Assembly (NCBI GenBank): GCA_963717145.1
Contig: OY970325.1
Coordinates: forward strand, 5,024,001-5,088,000
DNA: 64,000 bases
DNA from: an uncultured Armatimonadetes bacterium
GTDB lineage: Bacteria > Armatimonadota > UBA5829 > DTJY01
Reading direction: 5' to 3'
Positions 9,292 to 19,111 of the stretch are shown in pieces. The notes under the pieces were generated by a model. That model made no database searches. It was given only the letters and a program-made list of their open reading frames with translations, and was not told the DNA's origin. Made by a program: the position numbers and the translations under genes. How positions within the stretch are numbered: position 1 is the first letter of the stretch; the number at the start of each line of letters is the position of its first letter.

Positions 9292-11603
9292 GCAAGACAA
9301 CCTACCGAATACCGGACAGCGTCGTTGAAGACACGCATGCGTACCGTCGCGATGTGGAGAAGTTCCTGTCGGGCGAGACATCACCGGTCGCATTCCGGGC
9401 GATCCGCGTGCCGATGGGCATCTACGAGCAACGGGAGAGCGACACCTACATGGTGCGGGTACGGGGCGCCGCGGGTGTGTTCCTGTCCGACCAGGTTCGG
9501 CTGATCGCGAAACTCGCTGAGGTGTTCGGAAACGGTATCGTTCATGTGACCACCAGGCAGGACCTGCAGATTCACAAGGCGCTCATACAAGACACGCCGA
9601 CCGTGCTGGAGCGGCTGCTCGAGGAAGGGCTCTCCTCCAGAGGCGGCGGTGGGAACACTGTCCGCAACATCTCGGCATGTCCGCTCGCAGGCATCTGCGC
9701 GGACGAGGTCTTCGATGTCACGCCTTACGTTTTCGCGCTCACGGAGTACCTGATCACGAACCGGGCGAACTTCAACCTGCCCAGAAAGTTCAAGGTCGCG
9801 TTCTCCGGCTGCGGGGATGACTGCGGGCTCTGCTCCGTTGCCGATCTCGGGTTCTTCGCGCGCGAGAGGGACGGCGTCCGGGGCTTCTCGGTCTATGCCG
9901 CAGGTGGAATGGGCACGCATTCATCCATCGGTACGCTGATCGAGGATTTCATCCCGGCAGAGACGATCTTTGAGGTGGCCGAATCCGTCAAGCGGCTGTT
10001 CGATGAGCACGGTGACCGCACGAACAAACACAAGGCTCGACTGCGGTTCGTCCTGGAGCGCATGGGCCGCGACGAGTTCATCCGTCTGTATCGCATGGAA
10101 CTGGCGAAGGTTCGGCAAGAGGGCATATCGACCCCCGATATCAACTTGGACTGCGAACCACGCGAAGGGGCGAAGGATCAGTCGGTTGAAGCGGAGAATA
10201 GTCCGGCATATCTGTCATGGCGACTGGGATGCGTCTTTCCCCAGAAGCAGGAGGGGCTCTTCGCGGCGAGCATTCCTCTGAGGCTCGGGGATATCCCGAC
10301 TGAGGCACTGAATGCTCTTGCCGATATAGCTGACGAAACCGGCGACGGGACGCTGCGGACGACACAGGAGCAGAACCTGCTGATCAGAGATATACATGAG
10401 AGCCGGCTGCCGGGATTGTACCGATCGCTGCTGGAACTTGACGAGTCGCTCACGATCGCGCCGCCGGTCATGGTTGTGGCCTGCGCGGGTGCATCGACCT
10501 GCAAGCTGGGACTCTGCCTTTCGCGCGGATTGGCCGACGCGATCGAGGCCGAACTGGAGAAGTCGGGTGCGTCATTCGATGCCCCGATCCGCATCAGCGG
10601 CTGCCCGAACTCGTGTGGCCATCATCCGATCGCGGCGATCGGTCTGCATGGAGTCGCCGTGCGCTCGGATGGCAGGCTCGTTCCGACATATACGATCCTC
10701 GCCGGCGGAAACCTGGCAGAGGGTGAAGCAAAGCTCGCACAACCGATCGGCAAGGTTCCCGCAAAGGCCGTCCCTGCGCTGCTAGGGGAGTTCCTGACGA
10801 CCGCCGCACGGGAGCGAGTTGTTGGCGAATCGGTGCACGATCTGATGGACCGCTGGGGCACGGATTGCCTCAGAACGCTCAGCGAGAAGCACGCGTCCAT
10901 ACCCGCCTACGATGAAGCGCCGGAGTTCTACCGGGACTTCGGAAGCGACGAGGAGTTCTCGCTCGCCGGTCGCGGTCCGGGCGAGTGCGGAGCGGGTGTG
11001 ATGGATGTGATCGCGCTCGACATCGATCAGGCTGCACGAGCGCTCGATGAGGGCCGGCTCTACGAGGCTGTTGTCGCCGCAGCTCGAGCCCTCCTGGTTA
11101 CGCGAGGCATCGAGCCCAAAAAGGACCGCGAGGTCTTCGCCGCCTTCACCGAGCACCTGATCGTTCCCGGTTGGGTCAGCCCGCGATCTCAGGTCCTGCT
11201 CGATGCGGCGCTCGACTTCAAGCTCGGCGACAGAGATTCGCTCGATGACCTGCTGGATGACATCCGGGCGCTGCTCGATCGGGTGAAGGAGCTGTTCCGG
11301 TCGCTGGACTCGAACCTCAGCTTCCGTGTCGAACCGATTTCGCAGGCTGAGATTCGTTCGGATGCGCAGGAGCAGGGGCTAGCCCGTGAGTTGGACCTGC
11401 GCGGTGTGCTCTGTCCCATGAACTTCGTGCGCGCGAAGATCGAACTGGAGCAGATCGACGTCGGAGAGGCGCTGGACATCCTGCTCGATGAAGGTGAGCC
11501 CGCTCGGAACGTGCCGGCCAGCTTTGCCGATCAGGGACAGGAAGTCGTGTCCGTTGCTGATGAAGGCGGTCACTTCCGCGTCCGAGTGCAAAGAACCACA
11601 TAG
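9288..11603 (+). CDS. Siroheme sulfite reductase with C-terminal TusA/SirA domain
   Basis: TTRQDLQ, NLPRKFK, CAGASTC, SGCPNSCG; C-terminal LDLRGVLCPMNFV. Confidence 0.88.
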   Translation: MSKTTYRIPDSVVEDTHAYRRDVEKFLSGETSPVAFRAIRVPMGIYEQRESDTYMVRVRGAAGVFLSDQVRLIAKLAEVFGNGIVHVTTRQDLQIHKALIQDTPTVLERLLEEGLSSRGGGGNTVRNISACPLAGICADEVFDVTPYVFALTEYLITNRANFNLPRKFKVAFSGCGDDCGLCSVADLGFFARERDGVRGFSVYAAGGMGTHSSIGTLIEDFIPAETIFEVAESVKRLFDEHGDRTNKHKARLRFVLERMGRDEFIRLYRMELAKVRQEGISTPDINLDCEPREGAKDQSVEAENSPAYLSWRLGCVFPQKQEGLFAASIPLRLGDIPTEALNALADIADETGDGTLRTTQEQNLLIRDIHESRLPGLYRSLLELDESLTIAPPVMVVACAGASTCKLGLCLSRGLADAIEAELEKSGASFDAPIRISGCPNSCGHHPIAAIGLHGVAVRSDGRLVPTYTILAGGNLAEGEAKLAQPIGKVPAKAVPALLGEFLTTAARERVVGESVHDLMDRWGTDCLRTLSEKHASIPAYDEAPEFYRDFGSDEEFSLAGRGPGECGAGVMDVIALDIDQAARALDEGRLYEAVVAAARALLVTRGIEPKKDREVFAAFTEHLIVPGWVSPRSQVLLDAALDFKLGDRDSLDDLLDDIRALLDRVKELFRSLDSNLSFRVEPISQAEIRSDAQEQGLARELDLRGVLCPMNFVRAKIELEQIDVGEALDILLDEGEPARNVPASFADQGQEVVSVADEGGHFRVRVQRTT

Positions 11604-11619
11604 GGCGAGAGGTAAGCAC

Positions 11620-12780
11620 GTGACACTGGATCCGCTGATCGATGACAGTTATGTAGATACGCCCAGGCAGAGAACTCTGGATAAGCTGCTCCGCCAGCGG
11701 GCTTCCGGCATGCCGGTTGTGGGTGTGTACTGCTCATACGCGCCGATCGAACTGATCTGGGCGATGGGTGGTACCGTCGCCGACCTGTGCGCCTATGCGA
11801 ACAAGACCATTCCTGATGCCGAGACGGTCCTCCCCTCCAGCCTTTGCCCTCTGATCAAGTCGAGCTACGGCTTCATCATCACCGACCAGTGTCCGTTCTA
11901 TGCGATCAGCGACGTTGTCATCGGCGAGACTACGTGCGACGGCAAGAAGAAGATGTTCGAGCTGATCCGTGACATCAAATCGATGATCGTGCTCGAACTC
12001 CCGCAGAAGCCCGATGACGTGGATGCTCGGATCCACTGGGAGGCGGAAGTCTGGAAGATGAAGGCGTTCCTGGAGCAGACCTTCAGCAGGCGCATCACCG
12101 ACGATGACCTCGAATCGGCAATCAAGGCCGCGAACAGACGCCGCAAGCTGCTCACCGAGATCATTGCCTTCGCCGGTCACACGCCGCCGCACATAAGCTG
12201 GTGGGAGGTGAAGGCGATCATCGGCACGGCCTATCCCTCCGCCGATACGAGCGCCATGGACGATCTGCTGGAGGACGTGTTACGCAAGCTCCACATGCGC
12301 CGATCCATAGGCGAGCACACCGCCTTAGAAAATGCTCCCCGCGTCATGGTCACGGGATGCCCGATCGGTGGCGATGCGGAGAAGGTCTTCCGGATCATCG
12401 AGGAAGCCGGTGGAGTGGTTGTCATGCACGAGGCATGCAGCGGCATAAAGCCGTTGCTCTATCCGGTCGAAGAGGAAACCGGGGATCCGCTTGCCGCCAT
12501 CGCCCGCAGGTATCTGCAGCTCCCCTGCTCGTGCATGACGCCGAATCATCACCGCCTGGAACTGATCGACCGCCTGATCGAGGACTTCAAACCCGACGCG
12601 GTGGTCGACGTCGTCCTCAGCGGCTGCCACACATACAACGTCGAATCGTTCACCATCAGGGAGCACGTGTCGAAGAAGCACGGGCTGCCGTTTCTCAAGC
12701 TCGAAACGGACTACTCGGAGAGCGATGCCGAGCAGATCAGGACGAGGGTCGAGGCCCTGATGGAACTCTGCGGGAAGTAG
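11620..12780 (+). CDS. 2-hydroxyacyl-CoA dehydratase-family / double-cubane cluster reductase (YjiM-like)
   Basis: YCSYAP, LCPLIKSSYG, ETTCDGKKKMFE, TGCP, CSCMTPN, CHTYNVE, ETDYS; GTG start after GAGG. Confidence 0.85.
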   Translation: MTLDPLIDDSYVDTPRQRTLDKLLRQRASGMPVVGVYCSYAPIELIWAMGGTVADLCAYANKTIPDAETVLPSSLCPLIKSSYGFIITDQCPFYAISDVVIGETTCDGKKKMFELIRDIKSMIVLELPQKPDDVDARIHWEAEVWKMKAFLEQTFSRRITDDDLESAIKAANRRRKLLTEIIAFAGHTPPHISWWEVKAIIGTAYPSADTSAMDDLLEDVLRKLHMRRSIGEHTALENAPRVMVTGCPIGGDAEKVFRIIEEAGGVVVMHEACSGIKPLLYPVEEETGDPLAAIARRYLQLPCSCMTPNHHRLELIDRLIEDFKPDAVVDVVLSGCHTYNVESFTIREHVSKKHGLPFLKLETDYSESDAEQIRTRVEALMELCGK

Positions 12781-12788
12781 GTCGCGGC

Positions 12789-13013
12789 TTACCCGAGTGG
12801 CTGTATTCCGTCGGTCTCGATTCCGAGACTCTTCAGGAGCGCATCGATCTGTTCCAAGTCGTCCCAAACGAAGCGCACGGACACCCCGCAGTCGTCGGAT
12901 ATCTCCCGAGGCACGGGTATCATCGCGACATCGAACCCGGCTTCCTGCAGCCGCGTCTCGATCTGCAAGGCCACTGACGACCTCTTGCACAGAATGACTC
13001 CGCATGTGGGCAT
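12789..13013 (-). CDS. DUF3343 family small protein
   Basis: IPVPREISDDCGVSVRF motif. Confidence 0.75.
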   Translation of the reverse strand: MPTCGVILCKRSSVALQIETRLQEAGFDVAMIPVPREISDDCGVSVRFVWDDLEQIDALLKSLGIETDGIQPLG

Positions 13014-13029
13014 GAATCAGTGTTCTCCG

Positions 13030-15420
13030 CTATTTCGCGAACAGGGGTCTCGTCACTTTGCCGGACGTGAGATCCAGAACACGTATGCGCTCCAGTGAGT
13101 CTGAGAGATCCACGAAGGCGATCATCCTGCCGTCGCTGTCTATGGCCGGCATGCTCGACGGCACGGCCACCAACTCTCGTGAGTCACTACCATCGAGCTT
13201 CATGGACGCAACATGCGGCTCTCCCGACGATATCGACGTGAACAGGATGCGGTCGCCATCCGGGAAGAAGACCGGCGGACTCGTGCATTCCGCCAGATAG
13301 ACTCCGTACTCTGAGACCACGTCCTCCGAGCGCACGAGACGCTCTGTGCCGGTTTCCAGGCCGACCAGCCAATACTCGATCATCAGCTTTCCCGGCTTAC
13401 TCGCAAGCGCCTGGAAAAGTATCGAGTCTCCCTTCGGCGACCAGGTGCAATCGGATAACGACCATTCGCGCTCATCCTCGGATCTGAGCTGAGTCAGTTG
13501 GCGCTCACCCTCTCCGGCGGTGTCCACCAGCCATATCTGATCGTTTCGGATAAACGCAACCAGGTTGCCCTGAGGCGAGACGGTGGGGAGAAGATCGACC
13601 ACGCCGGGCGGCGCAGGTTTCGCCAGGTTCTCCTGAGGCCCCATCATGCCGAGTCCCGAGTGCGGATTGCCCTCCTCCGCCGGGGGTGGAGCAGCCTCAT
13701 TGGCTGCCACAAGTACGCTCTGAGGGATGAAGCTCAGACTTGCGCTTGCCACGAGGATGCCCGCGGATGCCCGATCGTTCGAGGGTTTGTCTTCGTTGGT
13801 CGAAGGATCGGCCGGCGACGGAGTGGGCTCTGGGGTTGGTGCGGGCGCCTCAGAGGACGGCGCGGGCGCCTCGGGGGTCGGCGCGGGCGCCTCGGGGGTT
13901 GGCGCGGGCGCCTCAGCGGTCGGCGCAGGTGCCTCAGGCTTGGGCTTGTTCGTCAAGAGCCGGTAGCCCTGACCGTCGAGCTTGATGGTTGATACTCCCG
14001 CATCACGGTTCAGCCAGTCAGTGAAGAATACCGAATCGCCGCCGATTCTGGGCTGATCCGCGGCATTCTTGAGGCTCGAGAAAGGCTTCAGCGCCTCTTC
14101 CTCGGTCACGCGTTTGCCGGAATCCACGACAAACAGTCTCCCGGCGAAACCGAGGAGAAGCTTCTTGCCGTCCGGGTACCAGGAGATCGACCGTACAAGA
14201 CCGTTCCCGGGAAGAGCGGCGATCGCCTTCTCGCGGCTGCCTGACTTGGACCCGACGAACAGCTCCGTTGAGTGGTTCACATCTGACTGAAAGGCCAGGC
14301 GCTGGCGATCGGGTGACCACATCGGCATCCAGTATGAACTCCGGCTGCGGTTGAGTCTTTTCAGTCCCGTCCCGGAGGTGCTGCAGATATAGGTCTCGGG
14401 ACTGTAGGAGTCGGATGATGTGCCAGTGAATGCGACGGTCTTCCCATCAGGCGAGAACGATGCCGATGTCGGGTACACGCTGTCGGGAGTTAGGCACTTC
14501 AGGTCTTCGCCTGTCGATGCGACGCTCCACACGGCTGCATGGCTCTTCCTCCCTGCACAGAAGAACAGCCTGCTACTATCCGGTGACCAGGTTATCTTTC
14601 CGCCGTCAAAGGTGCGCACCGCGATGAGTCTGTCGGATCGGGTTTCGAGATCTATCACCTTGATCTTGGACCCACTTATCACGTCGGGCACGGCAAAAGC
14701 AAGATTGCGCCCGTCGGGTGAGTAGGCAGGCGCGCTGCAAAAACCCTTGTAGAGCAGCGTTAGCTCCTTGTCTTTCACCCCGACCGTCCAGATGCTGGCG
14801 CCGGTGGATCTGCCAACCACAAAGGCCAATGTGGATCCGTCCGGTGACCAGGCCCACTCACGCACCCAGAACTTCGTTGTGAGTCCGGTCGTGCCCACTC
14901 CGCCGACGCGTGTGAAAGACAGGTCTCTCGCATTGCCATCCTTGGAAACCGTGGCGAAGGAGACGAGAGAACCATCGAGTGACCAGGATGGGTTACTCGC
15001 GCCGGGTGGCAGGATGGTCAGCGGTGTCTCCTGGTCGGGACCTCCGCTGGGATCTATGGACCAATAGGCCGGACCGCCGCTACGAACGCTCCCGAACACA
15101 ATTGCTTTGCCGTCGCGTGTCCACATCGGGCCGTGCGCTCCTTTGCTCGTGAGTGGCCGAGCGCCGGTTCCGTCGGCTCTCATGACCCAGAGGTTTGGTA
15201 TTCCATGCAGGGAACCCGAGCAGAAAGCGATGCTCGTGCCGTCCGGAGACCAGGCGGCTTCCCATCCCCCGTTTGGGGCCGATAAGCCCGCGCATTCCGA
15301 GAACGCCGGCAATGCCAGTAAGGCGATGACCAGAAAGAACCTCAGGAATCTCGACAAGTTAGCCTCCGGACGATGGAAGGGCAGAGCATTCCCCCGCCAA
15401 TTCGAGCTGACAACTACCAT
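13030..15420 (-). CDS. Secreted TolB-like (PD40/WD40) beta-propeller protein with Pro-rich linker
   Basis: Signal peptide; many WSPDG repeats; (EAPAPTP)n linker. Confidence 0.85.
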   Translation of the reverse strand: MVVVSSNWRGNALPFHRPEANLSRFLRFFLVIALLALPAFSECAGLSAPNGGWEAAWSPDGTSIAFCSGSLHGIPNLWVMRADGTGARPLTSKGAHGPMWTRDGKAIVFGSVRSGGPAYWSIDPSGGPDQETPLTILPPGASNPSWSLDGSLVSFATVSKDGNARDLSFTRVGGVGTTGLTTKFWVREWAWSPDGSTLAFVVGRSTGASIWTVGVKDKELTLLYKGFCSAPAYSPDGRNLAFAVPDVISGSKIKVIDLETRSDRLIAVRTFDGGKITWSPDSSRLFFCAGRKSHAAVWSVASTGEDLKCLTPDSVYPTSASFSPDGKTVAFTGTSSDSYSPETYICSTSGTGLKRLNRSRSSYWMPMWSPDRQRLAFQSDVNHSTELFVGSKSGSREKAIAALPGNGLVRSISWYPDGKKLLLGFAGRLFVVDSGKRVTEEEALKPFSSLKNAADQPRIGGDSVFFTDWLNRDAGVSTIKLDGQGYRLLTNKPKPEAPAPTAEAPAPTPEAPAPTPEAPAPSSEAPAPTPEPTPSPADPSTNEDKPSNDRASAGILVASASLSFIPQSVLVAANEAAPPPAEEGNPHSGLGMMGPQENLAKPAPPGVVDLLPTVSPQGNLVAFIRNDQIWLVDTAGEGERQLTQLRSEDEREWSLSDCTWSPKGDSILFQALASKPGKLMIEYWLVGLETGTERLVRSEDVVSEYGVYLAECTSPPVFFPDGDRILFTSISSGEPHVASMKLDGSDSRELVAVPSSMPAIDSDGRMIAFVDLSDSLERIRVLDLTSGKVTRPLFAK
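13832..13938 (-). repeat. 21-bp coding tandem repeat (about 5 copies of EAPAPTP)
   Basis: Visible GGCGCGGGCGCCTC units with a 21-nt period. Confidence 0.85.
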
Positions 15421-15434
15421 GACTGCATTATCTC

Positions 15435-16892
15435 CTAGCCCACTGCCTCGCGCAATCGCGCGGCCTCACGCTCGATGACCGCACTGCCCGAACGCGACGA
15501 AGTGGCGACCCTCAGAAGCGTACCACCTGATGAGGGCATGATGCTGGCCCTGACCACAGTCCGGGCCACATAGAAAGAACAGAATACCCCAAGCAGCAAT
15601 ATCGCGAAACCGGCACATACCGCGGGCAACCCCGGGTTGCTTGCCACCTGGAGGCCCGTGTAGCTCACAGCGCTTTCCATGGTGATCCGGAATCCTTTGT
15701 ACTTGGCGGAACCGGAGATTGGTATCCAACCCAGGTTCGACCACGCGTCCTGGCCCTTATACTCCGGAAACCTGTCGTTCACCATGACCTCCGCAGCCGG
15801 GTGAATCGGCATGAAGCTGGCACTGATCTCTTCCCCTCCCACGTAGTCCGGAGCGAAATCGTGGACGAATATGCTGAGCTTCTGCTTGCCGATCTTTATC
15901 TGTCGGGGCTCCTGCTCCGAAACCATGTATAACTTGCCCTCCGGCCCGTTCTTCGTATCGACGCTGATCGGGACTCTCACGGATTCCCCATTCGCCCCGG
16001 TCACGACCAGATAGAAGCCCACGATCCCATAATCCGATTGATAGAAGGACACTCCGCGATAGGTCAGTGGGTGGTCGACGTCGACAACCTTGCCGGCGAC
16101 GAGCTTATCCGCATCATACACCTGCAGATCGCTCTTGTAGGCGGTCGGGTTGTGCTCGTCGTCGTGCTCGATGTAGAACTTCTTCAGTGCGACTCGGAAC
16201 TTGAGGTCCGCCGGTTTTTCCGAACGGCTCGGGAAGTAGCTGTTCGTGGATCGGCCTTCAACGATGGTTGTATAGCCCTCCAAGCCCAGCATACTCCCCA
16301 CCATACCGCCAAGAAAGATCACAAGAACGCTGACATGAGCAAGATATCGGCCCCACAGATTGGCGGTTCCCCTGGCTGCGTAGATCGAGATCTCGTCGCC
16401 CGTCCGCTCTTCACGCACCGAATAGTGCGCCGCGCGAAGCGCCCCCTTGACCTTCTCAGCCGTTTCATCAGTACCGGAGTCAGTCTGGATTGTCTGTGAT
16501 CCCTGCATCTTGCCTACCCGCGCGTGGCCGATCGCGACCTCCGGACGATATGCCTGCTTCCATGTACGGCTGAACCTGTTGATGCTGCACACCGCCAGGT
16601 TCGCTCCGATGAGCAGGATGATCAGTTGATACCAACTCGAGCGGTACAGATCAGTGAAACCGAGTGCTTTGAGGGTGGCGTAACCCCCGGGCCCAAACCG
16701 GGCATAGTCCTCAGGCGAAGCTCCTTGAGGGATGATGGTCCCGATGACCGAGACGGCGGCCAGTAACAGGAGCAACGTCACCGCCGTGCGCATCGAGCTG
16801 AAGGTCGTCCACAATATCTTTCCTAGATTCGTGCCGTCATTCGTATCAACGATATGCTCGGCGGTGTCTTCCGGGGCGAGACGCTCTGACAT
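15435..16892 (-). CDS. resB: Cytochrome c biogenesis protein ResB/CcsB (System II)
   Basis: FSSMRTA...IGTIIPQ, DLYRSSWY, CSINR, conserved His in YLAHVS, TGLQVASNPG. Confidence 0.9.
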   Translation of the reverse strand: MSERLAPEDTAEHIVDTNDGTNLGKILWTTFSSMRTAVTLLLLLAAVSVIGTIIPQGASPEDYARFGPGGYATLKALGFTDLYRSSWYQLIILLIGANLAVCSINRFSRTWKQAYRPEVAIGHARVGKMQGSQTIQTDSGTDETAEKVKGALRAAHYSVREERTGDEISIYAARGTANLWGRYLAHVSVLVIFLGGMVGSMLGLEGYTTIVEGRSTNSYFPSRSEKPADLKFRVALKKFYIEHDDEHNPTAYKSDLQVYDADKLVAGKVVDVDHPLTYRGVSFYQSDYGIVGFYLVVTGANGESVRVPISVDTKNGPEGKLYMVSEQEPRQIKIGKQKLSIFVHDFAPDYVGGEEISASFMPIHPAAEVMVNDRFPEYKGQDAWSNLGWIPISGSAKYKGFRITMESAVSYTGLQVASNPGLPAVCAGFAILLLGVFCSFYVARTVVRASIMPSSGGTLLRVATSSRSGSAVIEREAARLREAVG

Positions 16893-16928
16893 TAGTCCTC
16901 CGATGACTCAGACAAGGCCCGAAACGAT

Positions 16929-16946
16929 TCGTGCAAAAAATCACGT
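16929..16946. promoter_or_regulatory. Rex-like operator downstream of the resB promoter
   Basis: TCGTGCAAAAAATCACGT versus consensus TTGTGAA-N4-TTCACAA. Confidence 0.55.
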
Positions 16947-16989
16947 ATGTGGCATCAGTGTGGGACATTGCCACATGTGTCACAATGTT

Positions 16990-17018
16990 ATCATAGCTCG
17001 GCGGGGGGTAGATGTCAA
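16990..17018 (-). promoter_or_regulatory. sigma70 promoter for resB
   Basis: Minus strand TTGACA-N17-TATGAT. Confidence 0.7.
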
Positions 17019-17108
17019 GAGCAACGACCGGATGTGACACCCCTCACAAAGCCACCCGGCAACGTAAAATCGCCAAAATCTTCGTTGAACATACAGTAAT
17101 TTTACCTG

Positions 17109-17137
17109 TTGACGGGAGGATTTCCGTGTGCTATACT
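17109..17137 (+). promoter_or_regulatory. sigma70 promoter for the cytochrome operon
   Basis: TTGACG-N17-TATACT with extended TG. Confidence 0.75.
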
Positions 17138-17146
17138 GTCCCAGTA

Positions 17147-17186
17147 TTGTGCAGAATTGCACAATAGTTTGTGCAAGGTTTCACAG
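17147..17186. promoter_or_regulatory. Two tandem Rex-like operators
   Basis: TTGTGCAGAATTGCACAA (17147-17164) and TTGTGCAAGGTTTCACAG (17169-17186). Confidence 0.7.
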
Positions 17187-17249
17187 ACTTTGGAGCAAAG
17201 CGCATTCGGATTCGCGCTTCGCTCGCCTTAGGAAGAGGACGTAGTTCAT

Positions 17250-17669
17250 ATGAGAATCAGAGTGCTCATCTTATTGGTCCCATGTTTGGTTTTGGCGATG
17301 ATTCTGGGCCACGGGATACTCTCCGCGCAGGGCGGCAGCGCCTATGGCGGAGTGGAGAACTGCAAGATGTGCCACCCGGACATTTACACCGAATGGTCGA
17401 AGTCCGACCATGCGCGAGGATTCGAACTCCTGACAAACGTCGGCCAGGAGAAGAACGCTGAGTGCCTCCCTTGCCACACCACCGGATACGGTAAGGGCGG
17501 TTACGTGGACGAAGCCACAACCCCCGGATTGAAAGGCACGGCTTGTGAATCGTGTCACGGACCTGGCGCCGGTCATATGGGCGACAAGACCAAGATCACC
17601 AGGAAGCCGCCCGCCGGGACGTGCGAGGGCTGTCATCAGGCGACAAATATCCATTCTGTGACTAAGTAG
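17250..17669 (+). CDS. Tetraheme cytochrome c (c554-like)
   Basis: Signal peptide; 4 CxxCH; YGGVENCKMCH...WSKSDH...CESCHGPG. Confidence 0.9.
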   Translation: MRIRVLILLVPCLVLAMILGHGILSAQGGSAYGGVENCKMCHPDIYTEWSKSDHARGFELLTNVGQEKNAECLPCHTTGYGKGGYVDEATTPGLKGTACESCHGPGAGHMGDKTKITRKPPAGTCEGCHQATNIHSVTK

Positions 17670-17686
17670 GCGCACCGTTACTAGAT

Positions 17687-19111
17687 ATGTCAAGGAAGTT
17701 TGAGACCAAACCAGTTCTGACTCTTATCGCCATCGGGATCTCGCTCCTGGTCGGTGGGATGCTGATCCCGTGGGCAGCGGATGCGCAGAGTGCGCCGCCG
17801 CAACCGCCCACGCCCAAGGCGGAGGTGGTTTCTACCGCGAGGTTCGTCGGTAGCCAGGGATGCCAGACCTGCCACTCGCAGGTCGCGGAACCTTGGTTGG
17901 CCAGTCCGCACGGTCGGGCTCTCACGCAAGAGGGCTTGCCGGAGGAACGGCGAGGCTGCGAGGCCTGTCACGGAGCGGGGAGCGCGCATGTCGGAAGTGC
18001 ATCGGCCAGCAAGATGTCTATTCCGATCGCGGCGGATCCGCCGGCGGCAAACAGCCTGTGCGGATCCTGTCATTTCGATCGCGAGCCGTCAACTGCACCC
18101 GATGCCCCGCACAGCTTATCCAAGGCTGAATGGACACGAAGCGCGCACGCGCGAAAGGATCTGTCCTGCCTGTCATGCCACTCCGGACATCCGAACGCGA
18201 ACGAGAAGGCGCTCGTGAGACCGGCCAAGGACCTGTGCCTGAGTTGCCATGCATCAGTGATGGAGGACGCTCCCGGCAAACCGGCGGCATACACCCATTC
18301 GCCTGTTGCGCAGGGACAGTGTACGTTGTGCCACGATCCGCATGGGGCGGCTGACCGGCGTATGGTGGCGGATGATGTGAATAAGGCGTGCGAAACGTGT
18401 CATGATGCCGGGACTCCCGAGATGGCAGCCGGCCATCAAGGGTTTGCCGTCAAGGGTGCGAAGTGCATTTCCTGCCATGACCCGCATTCACACAAAGCTT
18501 CCGACAAACTCATGCGGACGAAACAGCACATGCCGTTCAAGCAGCGAAACTGCGTGCTCTGTCATGGCAAGCCCGGGGCTGATGGGGCAGCGACTCTGGC
18601 TAAGCCGGCCAAGGAGCTGTGCGTATCCTGCCATCCGACGGGCAGCATCATGAAGGACGGCGAGAAAGCCCATGCTCCGGCGAAGGAGGGGCTTTGCACG
18701 GTATGCCACGACCCGCACGCGTCGAATGCCAAGGGCTTGCAGAAGACTCGTACTGCCTATGCGTGCTTCACCTGCCACAGCAAGGTTGAGATCGATACCC
18801 TATCCGCCCACAAGCATGGGGCGTTCAACAGCAATATGGACTGCACCGGTTGCCACAAGCCGCACAGCTCGCCGCAGGAGAAACTCCTGGTCAAGGCTCA
18901 GGGTGACCTATGCGGGCAGTGCCACAAGCACTCGGGCTCACATCCGATGGGAACCAGGAAAGACGGCACTCCCGTCATCGACCCGAATACCAGCAAGCCG
19001 ATGGTGTGCGCCAGTTGCCATAACCTGCACGGATCGAAATTCGCCATCCTGGCCAAGGCGGACAAAGGCAGAGACCTCTGCCTGCTGTGCCACCAGATGG
19101 AGCACAAGTAG
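17687..19111 (+). CDS. 16-heme cytochrome c (DmsE/MtrA-like start, paired CxxCH repeats)
   Basis: Signal peptide; 16 CxxCH counted. Confidence 0.92.
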   Translation: MSRKFETKPVLTLIAIGISLLVGGMLIPWAADAQSAPPQPPTPKAEVVSTARFVGSQGCQTCHSQVAEPWLASPHGRALTQEGLPEERRGCEACHGAGSAHVGSASASKMSIPIAADPPAANSLCGSCHFDREPSTAPDAPHSLSKAEWTRSAHARKDLSCLSCHSGHPNANEKALVRPAKDLCLSCHASVMEDAPGKPAAYTHSPVAQGQCTLCHDPHGAADRRMVADDVNKACETCHDAGTPEMAAGHQGFAVKGAKCISCHDPHSHKASDKLMRTKQHMPFKQRNCVLCHGKPGADGAATLAKPAKELCVSCHPTGSIMKDGEKAHAPAKEGLCTVCHDPHASNAKGLQKTRTAYACFTCHSKVEIDTLSAHKHGAFNSNMDCTGCHKPHSSPQEKLLVKAQGDLCGQCHKHSGSHPMGTRKDGTPVIDPNTSKPMVCASCHNLHGSKFAILAKADKGRDLCLLCHQMEHK

